In this document: piece after piece, positions 48,676 to 59,525 of the stretch
Layout: each line of letters begins with the position of its first letter
How positions within the stretch are numbered: the stretch's first letter is position 1
Source: Octopus sinensis
Lineage: Eukaryota
Assembly (NCBI RefSeq): GCF_006345805.1
Contig: NC_043000.1
Span: 66,278,001-66,342,000, forward strand
Direction: 5' to 3'
DNA: 64,000 nt
Translations under genes and position numbers: made by a program
Notes under the pieces: model-generated
The model's database searches: none
The model's input: only the letters and a program-made list of their open reading frames with translations
Told to the model about the DNA's origin: nothing

Positions 48676-48954
48676 AATACAAGTAGTTATGAAAAAACAT
48701 GAATATAAAGTATTAAAATCACTTACAGCTGTTTCAGCCTATGGAAATTAGTAAATAATTGTGCCTATATAAGTCAATTGTATTGAGGTGGTAGGCGGTT
48801 GAAAATGAGATACTTATATATATCCCTAGGCCTCATCAGAGATTATAAAGTACAGTCAAAAATAGGCACAATTATTTACTAATTTCCATAGGCTGAAAAA
48901 GCTGTAAGTGATTTTAATACTTTATATTCATGTTTTTTAATAACTACTTGTATT
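48676..48954 (-). ncRNA. Type-I hammerhead (minus strand, 48715-48844) within a 93-bp inverted repeat, PLE-LTR-like
   Basis: Minus strand AATCT-CTGATGA-GGCCTA-(85 nt)-TAGGCT-GAAAC-AGCT-GTA-AGTGATT; arms 48676-48768 and 48862-48954 are nearly perfect inverted copies. Confidence 0.7.
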
Positions 48955-48984
48955 ATCTTATATGCATATATATATGTATCTCGC

Positions 48985-49245
48985 CTGGCCCTCGTGCCGG
49001 TGGCACATAAAAAGCACCATCTGTTCGTGGCCGTTTGCCAGCTCTGTCTGGCACCAGTGCGGGTGGCACGTAAAAAGCACCCACTACACTCACGGAGTGG
49101 TTGGCGTTAGGAAGGGCATCCAGCCGTAGAAACACTGCCAGATTTGACTGGGCCTGATGAAGCCTTCTGGCTTCACAGACCCCAGTAGAACCGTCCAACC
49201 CATGCTAGCATGGAAAACGGACGCTAAATGATGATGATGATGATG
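48985..49245 (+). mobile_element. SINE-like RTE 3'-end copy with two GTG(C/G)..GGTGGCAC modules
   Basis: Same cassette and (GAT)n tail. Confidence 0.8.
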
Positions 49246-49362
49246 ATACATATATATATATATGTATCTATATATATATATGTATCTATATATATATATA
49301 TACATATATATATATTGTATCTATATATATATATATACATATATAATATATATATATGTATC

Positions 49363-49393
<31 letters not shown>

Positions 49394-49398
49394 GTATC

Positions 49399-49473
<75 letters not shown>

Positions 49474-49487
49474 CTATATATACATAC

Positions 49488-49533
<46 letters not shown>

Positions 49534-49554
49534 CTATATATATACATACATATA

Positions 49555-49593
<39 letters not shown>

Positions 49594-49665
49594 GTATCTA
49601 TATATACATACATATATATATATATATAATATATATATATATACATATAATATATATATATATAC

Positions 49666-49696
<31 letters not shown>

Positions 49697-49760
49697 ACAT
49701 ATATATATATATATGTATATATATATACATACATATATATGTATGTATACATACATATAA
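49246..49760. repeat. Compound (TA)n array punctuated by TGTATC and CA
   Basis: Directly visible. Confidence 0.9.
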
Positions 49761-49764
49761 CTTA

Positions 49765-50645
49765 GGTTTTGGCCAGTATTGGCCCAGGCCATGTCTAACT
49801 TAATAGCACCACCTGTCAAAGTCTTTCAGTTCAAGTTTTAGGCACCAAGGCCCCTTCGTGAAGAGAGTTATTGTTTCCAGAGACATGTGCGGGTGGTTTG
49901 TCCAGGACTGCTTGGAGGAATTTGTTCAAAGACTTCTTGAATTTTGTTTGGTCAGTTTCTGTTTTGACGTGTCCTGGTGTAATGTTGAAGAGAGCGGGGC
50001 CAATTGAGGTAAAATAATTGTGCCTTATTCTTATGAGATGCGATTTAGATTTTTGTTGTGGACGGATGGCACTGGATCTAAGTCTCAGGTGTATTTTGAA
50101 GGTGATGCCAACATCATTTGGACAGTGCTGATGGAATATTTTCCACATCATACAAATAATGTAGCGTTCACGGCGTCAGAGTGAATAGAGTTTCAGCTTT
50201 TCTAGTCGAGGTCTGACATGCTATCTATCTTTTTCATGATTGGCCTTTGGGGAGCTTCAATTTTCATAATGTTTTGTTTCATGTGGGGAGTCCACAGTGG
50301 GCAGCAGTATTCAAGGTGGGGTCGGGCAAAAGTGGAGAAGAGAAGAATAATGGTGTGGGAATCTCTTGACTGGAAGGTTCTGAGAATCCAGGAAGATATT
50401 CTGCAGGTCATGTCAACTTTGCTGCTTATATGTGTAGCCCAGCTTATGTTGTTGTCTACAGTTACTCCCAAGTCTCTGATGTTGTTAGATGCCATGAGAA
50501 TTTCACCAGAAGGAAGGGAGTATGGGAGTTTCAGAGCGTTCTCCCTTCCAAAGTGGATCAGTTCAAATTTGTCTTCGTTTAGCAACGTTTATTTCCGCTC
50601 ATTGGACAACAGCTAGTAGGTGTGACTGAAGGCTTATCTGGTCAT
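49765..50645 (-). mobile_element. CR1/L2-group LINE 3' fragment
   Basis: NEDKFELIHFG, RDLGVTVD, RPHLEYCCPLW, GPALFN, FKKSLNKFL. Confidence 0.85.
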
Positions 50646-50669
50646 CTATACCATACATGTATGTATGTA

Positions 50670-50704
<35 letters not shown>

Positions 50705-50709
50705 GCCTC

Positions 50710-51054
50710 TGTCCACCAAAGCTGCTGAGGATCATCAAATCTTTCCATGATGATATACAAGGCACCATACACCACAATGGTTCAACGTCAGCCACCTTCC
50801 AAATAAAAAACGGGGTAAAGCAAGGTTGTGTCCTTGCTCCTACATTACTTGGCATCTTCTTCTCGCTGCTGCTGTCAAATGCCTTTGAGACATCAGATGA
50901 TGGAGTGTTTCTGCACAGTAGAAGTGACGAGAAACTGTTCAATCTCTTGTGTCTGTGTGCCAAGACCAAAATCAGAAGTGTCCTGCTCAAGGAGATGCTA
51001 TTTGCTGCTGCTGCTGCTCTGGTATCACACACAGAAGAAGCCCTGCAAAGGCTC
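50710..51054 (+). mobile_element. RTE-BovB-like RT fragment
   Basis: [15 protein letters not shown]...[18 protein letters not shown]...[21 protein letters not shown]. Confidence 0.85.
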
Positions 51055-51061
51055 ATATATA

Positions 51062-51112
<51 letters not shown>

Positions 51113-51130
51113 GCATCTATGTATGTATTA

Positions 51131-51172
<42 letters not shown>

Positions 51173-51187
51173 TCTATGTATGTATTA

Positions 51188-51224
<37 letters not shown>

Positions 51225-51238
51225 GCATCTATGTATTA

Positions 51239-51294
<56 letters not shown>

Positions 51295-51307
51295 TCTATG
51301 TATGTAT

Positions 51308-51340
<33 letters not shown>

Positions 51341-51358
51341 GCATCTATGTATGTATTA

Positions 51359-51399
<41 letters not shown>

Positions 51400-51419
51400 T
51401 TGCATCTATGTATGTATTA

Positions 51420-51454
<35 letters not shown>

Positions 51455-51553
51455 GCATCTATGTATGTATTATGTGTGTATATATATATATATATGCATC
51501 TATGTATGTATTATGTGTGTAATATATATATATATGCATCTATGTATGTATTA

Positions 51554-51586
<33 letters not shown>

Positions 51587-51683
51587 GCATCTATGTATGT
51601 ATGTGTGTATATATATATATATATATTATATGCATCTATGTATGTATGTGTGTGTTATATATATATATATATGCATCTATGTA

Positions 51684-51743
<60 letters not shown>

Positions 51744-52090
51744 TCTATGTATGTATGTGTGTGTGTATATATATATATATATATGTGCATCTATGTATGT
51801 GTGTGTGTATATATATATATATATGTGCATCTATGTATGTGTGTGTATATATATATATATATATGTATATGCATCTATGTATGTATGTATATATATATAT
51901 ATATATGTATATGCATCTATGTATGTATGTATATATATATATATGTATATGCATCTATGTATGTATGTATGTGTGTGTATATATATATATATATATATGC
52001 ATCTATGTATCTATGTATGTGTGTGTTATATATATATATATATATATATATGCATCTATGTATGTATGTGTGTGTGTATGTATGTGTGTG

Positions 52091-52122
<32 letters not shown>

Positions 52123-52153
52123 GAATCTATGTATGTATGTGTGTGTGTATGTA

Positions 52154-52200
<47 letters not shown>

Positions 52201-52380
52201 TATATATATGCATCTATGTATGTATGTGTGTATATATATATATATGCATCTATGTATGTATGTGTGTGTATATATATATATATGCATCTATGTATGTATG
52301 TGTGTGTATATATATATATATATGCATCTATGTATGTATGTGTGTGTATATATATATATATATATATGTATGTATATAGA
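51055..52380. repeat. Higher-order minisatellite: about 25 units of GCATCTATGTATGT(ATTAT)(GT)n(AT)n
   Basis: Fixed GCATCTAT core recurs roughly every 40-90 bp with variable dinucleotide tracts. Confidence 0.9.
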
Positions 52381-53839
52381 TATGTGTATGATGGCACATG
52401 GGTTAGTGATTAGCCTGTTCTTACGATTGTGAGATTGTGGTTTTGATTCCCAGACCAGGCATTGCGTTGTGTTCTTCAGCAAAACATTTTATGTTGCTCT
52501 GCAATCTTGTTGTTGTTTGGCATGTTGTGCACCTGTACAAGCAATGTTGATGTGATGCAGAAAGTGAGCTTATGAAAACACAGATATTTGATCACTCTTA
52601 AATCATGTGTGTGATTGTTCAAGAAATTGTAGAACCCTCATATATCGTCTGACGACAGGCGAGTTTCATGACGTATATGTATATATGTATATGCATATAT
52701 ATATGTATGTATAATGTGTGTGATTGTGTTTTAGTATCTGTTCTAAATTATCTTGTAATTTGGACTTAATAGTTATAATATATGTGTAGTCAGTTCTCTG
52801 CTGCTAATATGTGCATTTTTATTAGTGTATAGAATAGTTCACAGATGTATTTTTTTGTTTTTATAAAGAAAGGAACTGGTGGATATATGAGAAATAAAAT
52901 AAATATGTCACTCGGTAAAAATTTTGTAAACAACGTCACATGAGTTTTAAGTGTTGTTATAATGCAGAAAGTGGCTGGATCGCATCTTTATTTGTTTCTT
53001 TATACATGTTCAGTGTCATCTTGAACTATATGAAGCATGTAGTCTCGTGTAAATCATTTTGTCAGTCAGAAGATAAAATACTTTATCTAATGTCTTGTAT
53101 TACTCTAAAATTCTCTCATGGCATGATGTAATTGCTGCACCTTCACTATATTAAATGTTGCCAGGTTTTTTAAATCATCTCGAGGAAAAGATGTTTCCTT
53201 CCTGGTTACAAAATACTACTTACTTCCTTCCTGGGCTAATTGTAAGATTTTCTGGGTGTTGAATACCAATCATACTCTTTCATTTTGAGTGAATATCATA
53301 AGGTGTTCTTGAGCACAAATCCTTCATTTATGTTTATTGATTTGAATTCACCCCAGTTATTTATCTTATGTTCCATTATTTTTCTTTTTATAAACTAATT
53401 TGGGATTTTCTGTGTGACCCTAACACTTCCTTAGTTTAGCTTTCTACTTATCTATGAACTATAAAAACTAGTCTACTTACAAGTTGAATAATTCAGTTTT
53501 GTCCAAATATTTCAGCTGATTGCTTTGAAATTAACTCGCTTGTTTTTTTTTTTTTCTTCTTCTTAGCACCGCTAGAGGGAGTGCTCATCTACAAACTGCT
53601 TGGACAGTTTCAGTTGATCAAAGTTTTAAACTCACTATACTGCATATGAGAAACCATACCATATTTACAATTTTATATAAGAAAAAAAAATTGACTGGTT
53701 CAAAATATAATCATAGTGAAAGTCTTAAGAATGTTGAAAATAAGAAATAAATTTATTCAGTTTGTTGATGCTTATAAGGAAAAGTTGGTCAGTGGATATT
53801 GAGTCATATGAGTTTGGTGGGTATGACACATAAACTCAG

Positions 53840-54004
53840 CCTTATTCAGCCCAAATATTCTGCCAGATCCAGCCTCTCTCACCTACCCTAAAATGTCATT
53901 CTAAAAAGAAACACATCATCAAAATCTCAAAGCATCAAGGTAATGCATGATTAATCCGAATTAGTAAGCATTACATTTGACTGAATAATTTTAATGCTAA
54001 AGGG
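53840..54004 (+). mobile_element. Partial piggyBac-type MITE (same family as 55371)
   Basis: Shared ACCTACCCTA..ATGTCATTCTAAAAA and ...GCTAAAGGG|TTAA end. Confidence 0.65.
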
Positions 54005-55370
54005 TTAAAAATAATGCTAGGATTGTAAATAAATGGAGAAACATGGAGACAACTGATTTAATGTTAAGATTCTCACCATTTCATTCTAATTGGTTTTTAT
54101 TGAAATTTGATTATTTTAAAAAATTATTCTAAAATAGTAGTAACATTTAACATACCTAATTCAACATGCTGGTGCCACATTAAAAGCACTGGTGCTGATA
54201 TCACATTAAAAGCACTGGTGCTGATACCACATAAAACACAATACACTCTATGGGGTGGCCGGCATTAGGAAGGGCATCCAGCTGCAGAAACCATTCCACA
54301 ACAGGCAATGGAACCTGGCCTTACAAGCGCCAGTCAAACTGTCCAACCCATACAGGTATGGAAAAAATAGATGATATCAATTTGATAGGAAGAAATTGCA
54401 TGTGTTCTGTAGTGTAATTGGCCATACAGTCACCTGGCAGGTGATAGATATATTATCTGGACTCTCACTGCTAGTGAAATAATGCTTTAATCTCTGTAAA
54501 TATTTTACTTGCTTCGCAGCTCATTCATTAGCTGATCAGTTCAAACAGGATAGAACTAGCTGCTCTACTACTGTCTTACAGAGCAAAGTGTTACACTTCA
54601 GTTTGATGTTTGTGACAAGAGTTAATTGTAAAAATATCTTTTATCGTTTGTTTCAGTCATTGAACTGCATCCATGCTGTGGCACCACCCTTAAAGGGTTT
54701 TTAGTCAAACAGATCAATTCCAGTACTTGTCAAGTCCAGTACCTATTCTCTTGTTCCCTTTTGCCAAACTGCTAAGTTACAGGGATGTAAACAAAGCAAC
54801 ACCAGTTGTTAAACAATGTGTGTGTGTGTGTGTGTGTGGAGGGCAAATACTGACACACACATACACACATTGACCAAATTCACACAAGGCATTGGTTAAC
54901 CTGGATTATAGTCGAAGAACTCTAACCCAAAGTTCCTTGCATTGAAACTGAACCCAAAACCACATGGTTGCAAAGTGAACTTTTTAACCATCCAACAATG
55001 CCTGCACCTATAAAAAGATTATAAGTTAAACTTTGTTGGAAATTTAGCATGGAGCTTTTGTATATGATTTATATAATGATTCATTGTGATTCTACTCTAA
55101 ATACATTTTTTTCTGTATCCTTTGGCTTTAGGATTTCTTAACATTTCACTTCAACTGAATATTACTCAGTATTTGAAATTATTGTGAATCTTTCTGTTTG
55201 TAACATTTACAAAATATACCTTTTGTGATTTATTTGATGGAATTACTTGTTTCATCTATTATTGAGATTTTTTATTTATCTTTTATTTTCATCTTTTTTT
55301 TTTCACTTGTTTCAGTTACTGAGTTATCTCATTCCATTATAGTATTCTTCTAAGGAAATTTATTCATTAA

Positions 55371-55591
55371 CTCTTTAGCTTTTAAACTAGTCACATTCAA
55401 ACCAAAATATTCTACCTGTTTTATGTTCAAACTGACCAGATCCAACCTCTCATACCTACCCTACAATGTCATTCTAAAAATAAACAAACACTTTCTTGAA
55501 ACCTTGAAACTATAGGATAATGCATAATTAATTTAAAACAATGTTAATAAATAAACATTACATTTGACAGAGTAATTTGAATACTGAAGGG
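55371..55591 (+). mobile_element. piggyBac-type MITE
   Basis: TTAA at 55367-55370 and 55592-55595; ends CTCTTTAG...GAAGGG. Confidence 0.75.
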
Positions 55592-55981
55592 TTAAAATGC
55601 ATATTTCAAGAACATTAATGTTTATATGATTTGAATATTGAAACCATTCAATCAGTGTAATAAGTTAGAATTGAAAAATTAGAACATGAATTTTAAAAAA
55701 AATATTTTGCTATTACATTAATAGTGGCACCACTGTGGTTGACTTTGCTTTCATCCTTTTGGATTGATAAAACGTACCAATCAAATTCTGGGGTTGATGT
55801 GATTGATCTCCCCCCCCCCTGCAGGCCTTGTCCCTATGCTTGAAACTGTTATGACAGTAATGGAAACATGTAAAGTTTGTAGCTTGTGTGCTTTGTTTAA
55901 TTATCATCAGTTATAAGGATTTGTTTTTGGCAATTGAAAACTTAGAATATTTGTAAATTTATTTGCTTTATTTTTTTGCAG

Positions 55982-56063
55982 GTATTTCTTGTAAGAAAAA
56001 TTAGTGGTAATGACCAAGACACATTGTATGCCATGAAAGTTTTAAGGAAAGCAACATTAAAAG
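55982..56063 (+). CDS. RPS6KA3: RSK coding exon 4 (subdomain II lysine, YAMK)
   Basis: [27 protein letters not shown]+G; TTTTTTTGCAG acceptor, GTAATT donor; 82 nt, phase 0-1. Confidence 0.97.
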
Positions 56064-57924
56064 GTAATTATTTTATAATTTATGAAAAAAATCTTTAAGC
56101 ATTTTTTTTTTGTTTGTGTGTTTGTTTTTTACATTACAACCAAACATTAAATGTATAGTATGTGATGGTGTTAATTAGATTAATTTAGGCAGTGGGTTAA
56201 AGTAAAGCATAGAATGCCTCACCATATTTGGTTTGGCTTTCTGCCCTCTGAGTTCACATCCCACTGAGATGAACTTTTCCTTTCACACATTTTTAAGTGT
56301 TGATATAAAAATAAGTACCGATCGAAAATAGCAAATTAGTGAAACTGTAAGAATGTTGGACTTATTATGGCTCTTTGTGTTCTAAATTCAAATCTTGCCA
56401 TGGTTTATATGAGTGATAGGCTTAATCTGTTGCCCAACTCATTATAATCACCTGGTACTTTGGTTACCTTTAGTAGAGGTCACTTTGTTGCAAGCAGTTT
56501 GAGGATAGCTCCATCTGTCTTCATATCAGTCTTAGAGACCTTGTAATGGAAGGAAACCATGGGAGGGAAGCCAGTGCCTTTCCTCCCAACTAAGAGATTT
56601 AAAAAAATTAATATCACCATCCTTTGAAATTATGACTAAATGAAGAAACCTCTTTGAAGTCATTCAACCTGCTAAAAATCAGTAGCAACTAAATCTTGCT
56701 TAAATTACACCTGCCTTCTTTAAAAAAGGAAGGACACATTAGATAATGTAACCCTAGATATATTGTACTTGATAAAAAGATGAGAAAGCTTTTGGCCATT
56801 GGTCTGCTTAACCAAAGTTGGCACAGGTTAACAATTACTTGAAGTGTTATTAGGCATTATAAGCACCAATTTGAAATAGAAAAGAGAAGCAGAAATCCAC
56901 TGGTAGAATGACAATTACGATTTTTATGGAAAGTTATTTCCTAAAAGCCAAATAAATTATAAGAGAAATAATTTCTTTAATTCATGATTCACTTGTTCTT
57001 CTCATTACCTGTTAAATCTCATATGTCTCTTTACAATATCATTGATATTGTTATGCTTTTTTTTTACTTTAATGCTAGAAATTATTTGATATTTCAGTTT
57101 TTAATCTGACACAAAACAGTAGTTAACACATTTCTTGTTGACACTTTATGCAAAAAGTGAGAATACATTGTTTGTTTGACTAAGCTGCTGCTGCTACTAC
57201 TATTATGACTATAGTAGTTTCTATTCCTCTATATTAACTAGCTATGTACCATTTAACGTTTCTGTCCATTTTTTTTTTATTGCTATCATCATCCAAAACA
57301 ATTTTCTCAACCTTTCTCTCTCTCAGAACTACAACTTTCTCTAATTATATATTGAATAGTTTAAGTTGAACCATCAATTTTATTGGCTGTATCAAGTTGA
57401 GAGGGTTTTCAAAGATACTCTCTCTCTCTCTCTCTATCTATCTATCTATATATATATATATATATATATATATCTAAAATCATCATCATCAAACATCTGC
57501 TTTCCATGCTGGCATGGGTATATATATAGTCAATTCATAGAACAAAAAAAGATGTAAGGACATGCACAAGAAATATATATTTAATTATGAAATACTTCAA
57601 ATGAGTTATTTTTAATAAGTTCAAACTTTGTTGCTTGAGTGAATAAAAGTAATTAACTTCAAATATCTTTTTCATTTCAAATATTAACTTTTAATACTTT
57701 TATGAACCAATGAGAGATTCTCTATGTAGATGACTTGAACAATACTGGATAATATTCTGCCTAGAATAAAAAAATTTTTTTGTCATGACTAAAAATACCT
57801 TTTATCATAGGTCTTCTCAATTAGGATTGACTTTGGACTAACCAAAACCATTTAGTTTTACACAAATGCATAATCCTGTTATATGATCAATTATCTTTTT
57901 GTTAATGATTTTATTTGTAAATTG

Positions 57925-58140
57925 AGGGCAGCGAGCTGGCAGAATCATGAGTACAGCGGGCAAAATGTTTTGTGGTATTTCATCTGTCTTCACGTTCTGA
58001 GTTCAAATTCTGCCATGGTTGACTTTGCCTCTCATCCTTTCAGGGTCATTTAAATAAGTACCAGTTTTGCACTGGGGTTGATGTAATCGACTTAATTCCT
58101 TCCCCCAAATTTGAGGCCTTGTTCTTCCAGTAGAAAGGAT
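57925..58140 (+). mobile_element. tRNA-derived SINE (same family as 21136)
   Basis: GGCAGCGAGCTGGCAGAATC head, GTTCAAATTC B-box-like motif, TTTGCCTCTCATCCTTTCAGGGTC core. Confidence 0.85.
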
Positions 58141-58175
58141 TTTATTAGTGTTATATAACTATTAAAATCCCTTAA

Positions 58176-58384
58176 AATTTAGCATTCAGATTACTTTGTC
58201 AAATGTAATGCTTATTTATTTGTTTTGTTTTGAATTGATCATACCCTATCTCATAGCTTTGAGATATCGATTATGCAATTATTTTTAAATGACATTGTAG
58301 GTAGGTGTGAGAAGCCAAATCTGGCTAACCTGAAGATAAAACAGGCAGAATATTTTGGCTGGATATGCTTTAAATCCTTAAGGG
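58176..58384 (-). mobile_element. piggyBac-type MITE, inverted relative to 55371
   Basis: Reverse complement aligns by eye with 55371-55591; ends AGGG|TTAA. Confidence 0.7.
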
Positions 58385-58863
58385 TTAAAAAAAACCCATT
58401 TGTGTTAAAGGTTTCCTGATGATTCTGAATGTATATATATCTATATAAATAGACATATTCTAGTGCACATAATTCCTTGTTCATGTTACTTTGTTGAATT
58501 CTTTTGAGGATGTGTCATTATTTTTGTGTCTTTTTCTTATGAATAACCAAATAACCTGTCTTAACACTTTTAATGCCAACATGAATAAGACCCCACTCAC
58601 TTTCAAGTTATCTGTTCATCTTAAACCATTTTAATAGCCTTATTTAAATTCAGAACTCGTTATTACATAAATGATAATGCAGCATTTTAACTGGTATACA
58701 TATCTTTTGTTATTTCAAGCATCAGCTCAACTCACCATTAAATATATACATACAGTTGTTTTATGAAACCTTTTTTTTTGTTGTTGTGTTAAATAATTAT
58801 TTTCCCAAAGTGAACTTCACTTTGATTTTGTCAATGAAAATAATACTTATGTTTCTTTTTTAG

Positions 58864-58944
58864 TTCGAGATCGACAGAGAACAAAATTAGAGAGAGATAT
58901 TCTTGCTGATGTGAATCATCCTTTTATTGTTAAATTACACTATG
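58864..58944 (+). CDS. RPS6KA3: RSK coding exon 5 (helix [10 protein letters not shown])
   Basis: (V)[26 protein letters not shown](A); TTTTTTAG acceptor, GTATAA donor; 81 nt, phase 1-1; the gene continues beyond the window. Confidence 0.97.
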
Positions 58945-59525
58945 GTATAACACCTTTTATATTTTATATCTTACTATTTGTTTGTCAGGTGTGTTTTATA
59001 TTCACCTGTGCAAATTCTTGACTAATTACCACCTATCTCCCATCTAGTCACTACAAGATCCCAGATTGAGCATTCATAATACAAATTAAAGCACTTTTTA
59101 ATTAAGCAATGGGAATAATATTCTTATTTGTCTAAAGTCTCTTTAAAGGGTTTCAATTAATAAGTGCTCTGAGTAGCTAAACACAGAAAAAGAGATACTC
59201 CTGGAAAAATGCTAATGAGGATAATGCTTCAGGTTCTAATTAATTCAGCCACATCAAAAGATTTTTAAATACCTATGTCATCATCATCATCATCATCATC
59301 GTTTAACGTCCGCTTTCCGCGCTAGCACGGGTTGGACGGTTTGACCGGGTCTGGGAAGCCAGGGGCCGCTCCAGGCTCCAGTCTGAATCTGGCAGAGTTT
59401 CTACGGCTGGATGCCCTTCCTAACGCCAACCACTCCGTGAGTGGATTGGGTGCTTTTTACGTGCCACCTGCACAGGGGCCGGAGGGTCCGGCATCGTCAC
59501 GATCGGATTCGAGCATTTTAACGTG

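Noticed and set aside
49150-49180. CTGATGA-AGCC-TTCT-GGCT hairpin
   Set aside because: Followed by TCAC, not GAAA; other copies of this cassette read CTGGTGCAGCC, so it is a chance variant.
49228-52482. Long ORFs (up to 534 aa) rich in Y/I/C/V/M
   Set aside because: They are stop-free translations of (TA)n/(GT)n/(TATG)n repeats. The same applies to the ORFs at 7.1, 7.9, 10.1, 10.8, 15.0-15.4 and 18.0 kb.
52645-52680. CTGACGA near GTTTC as a hammerhead
   Set aside because: The two core halves are on opposite strands.
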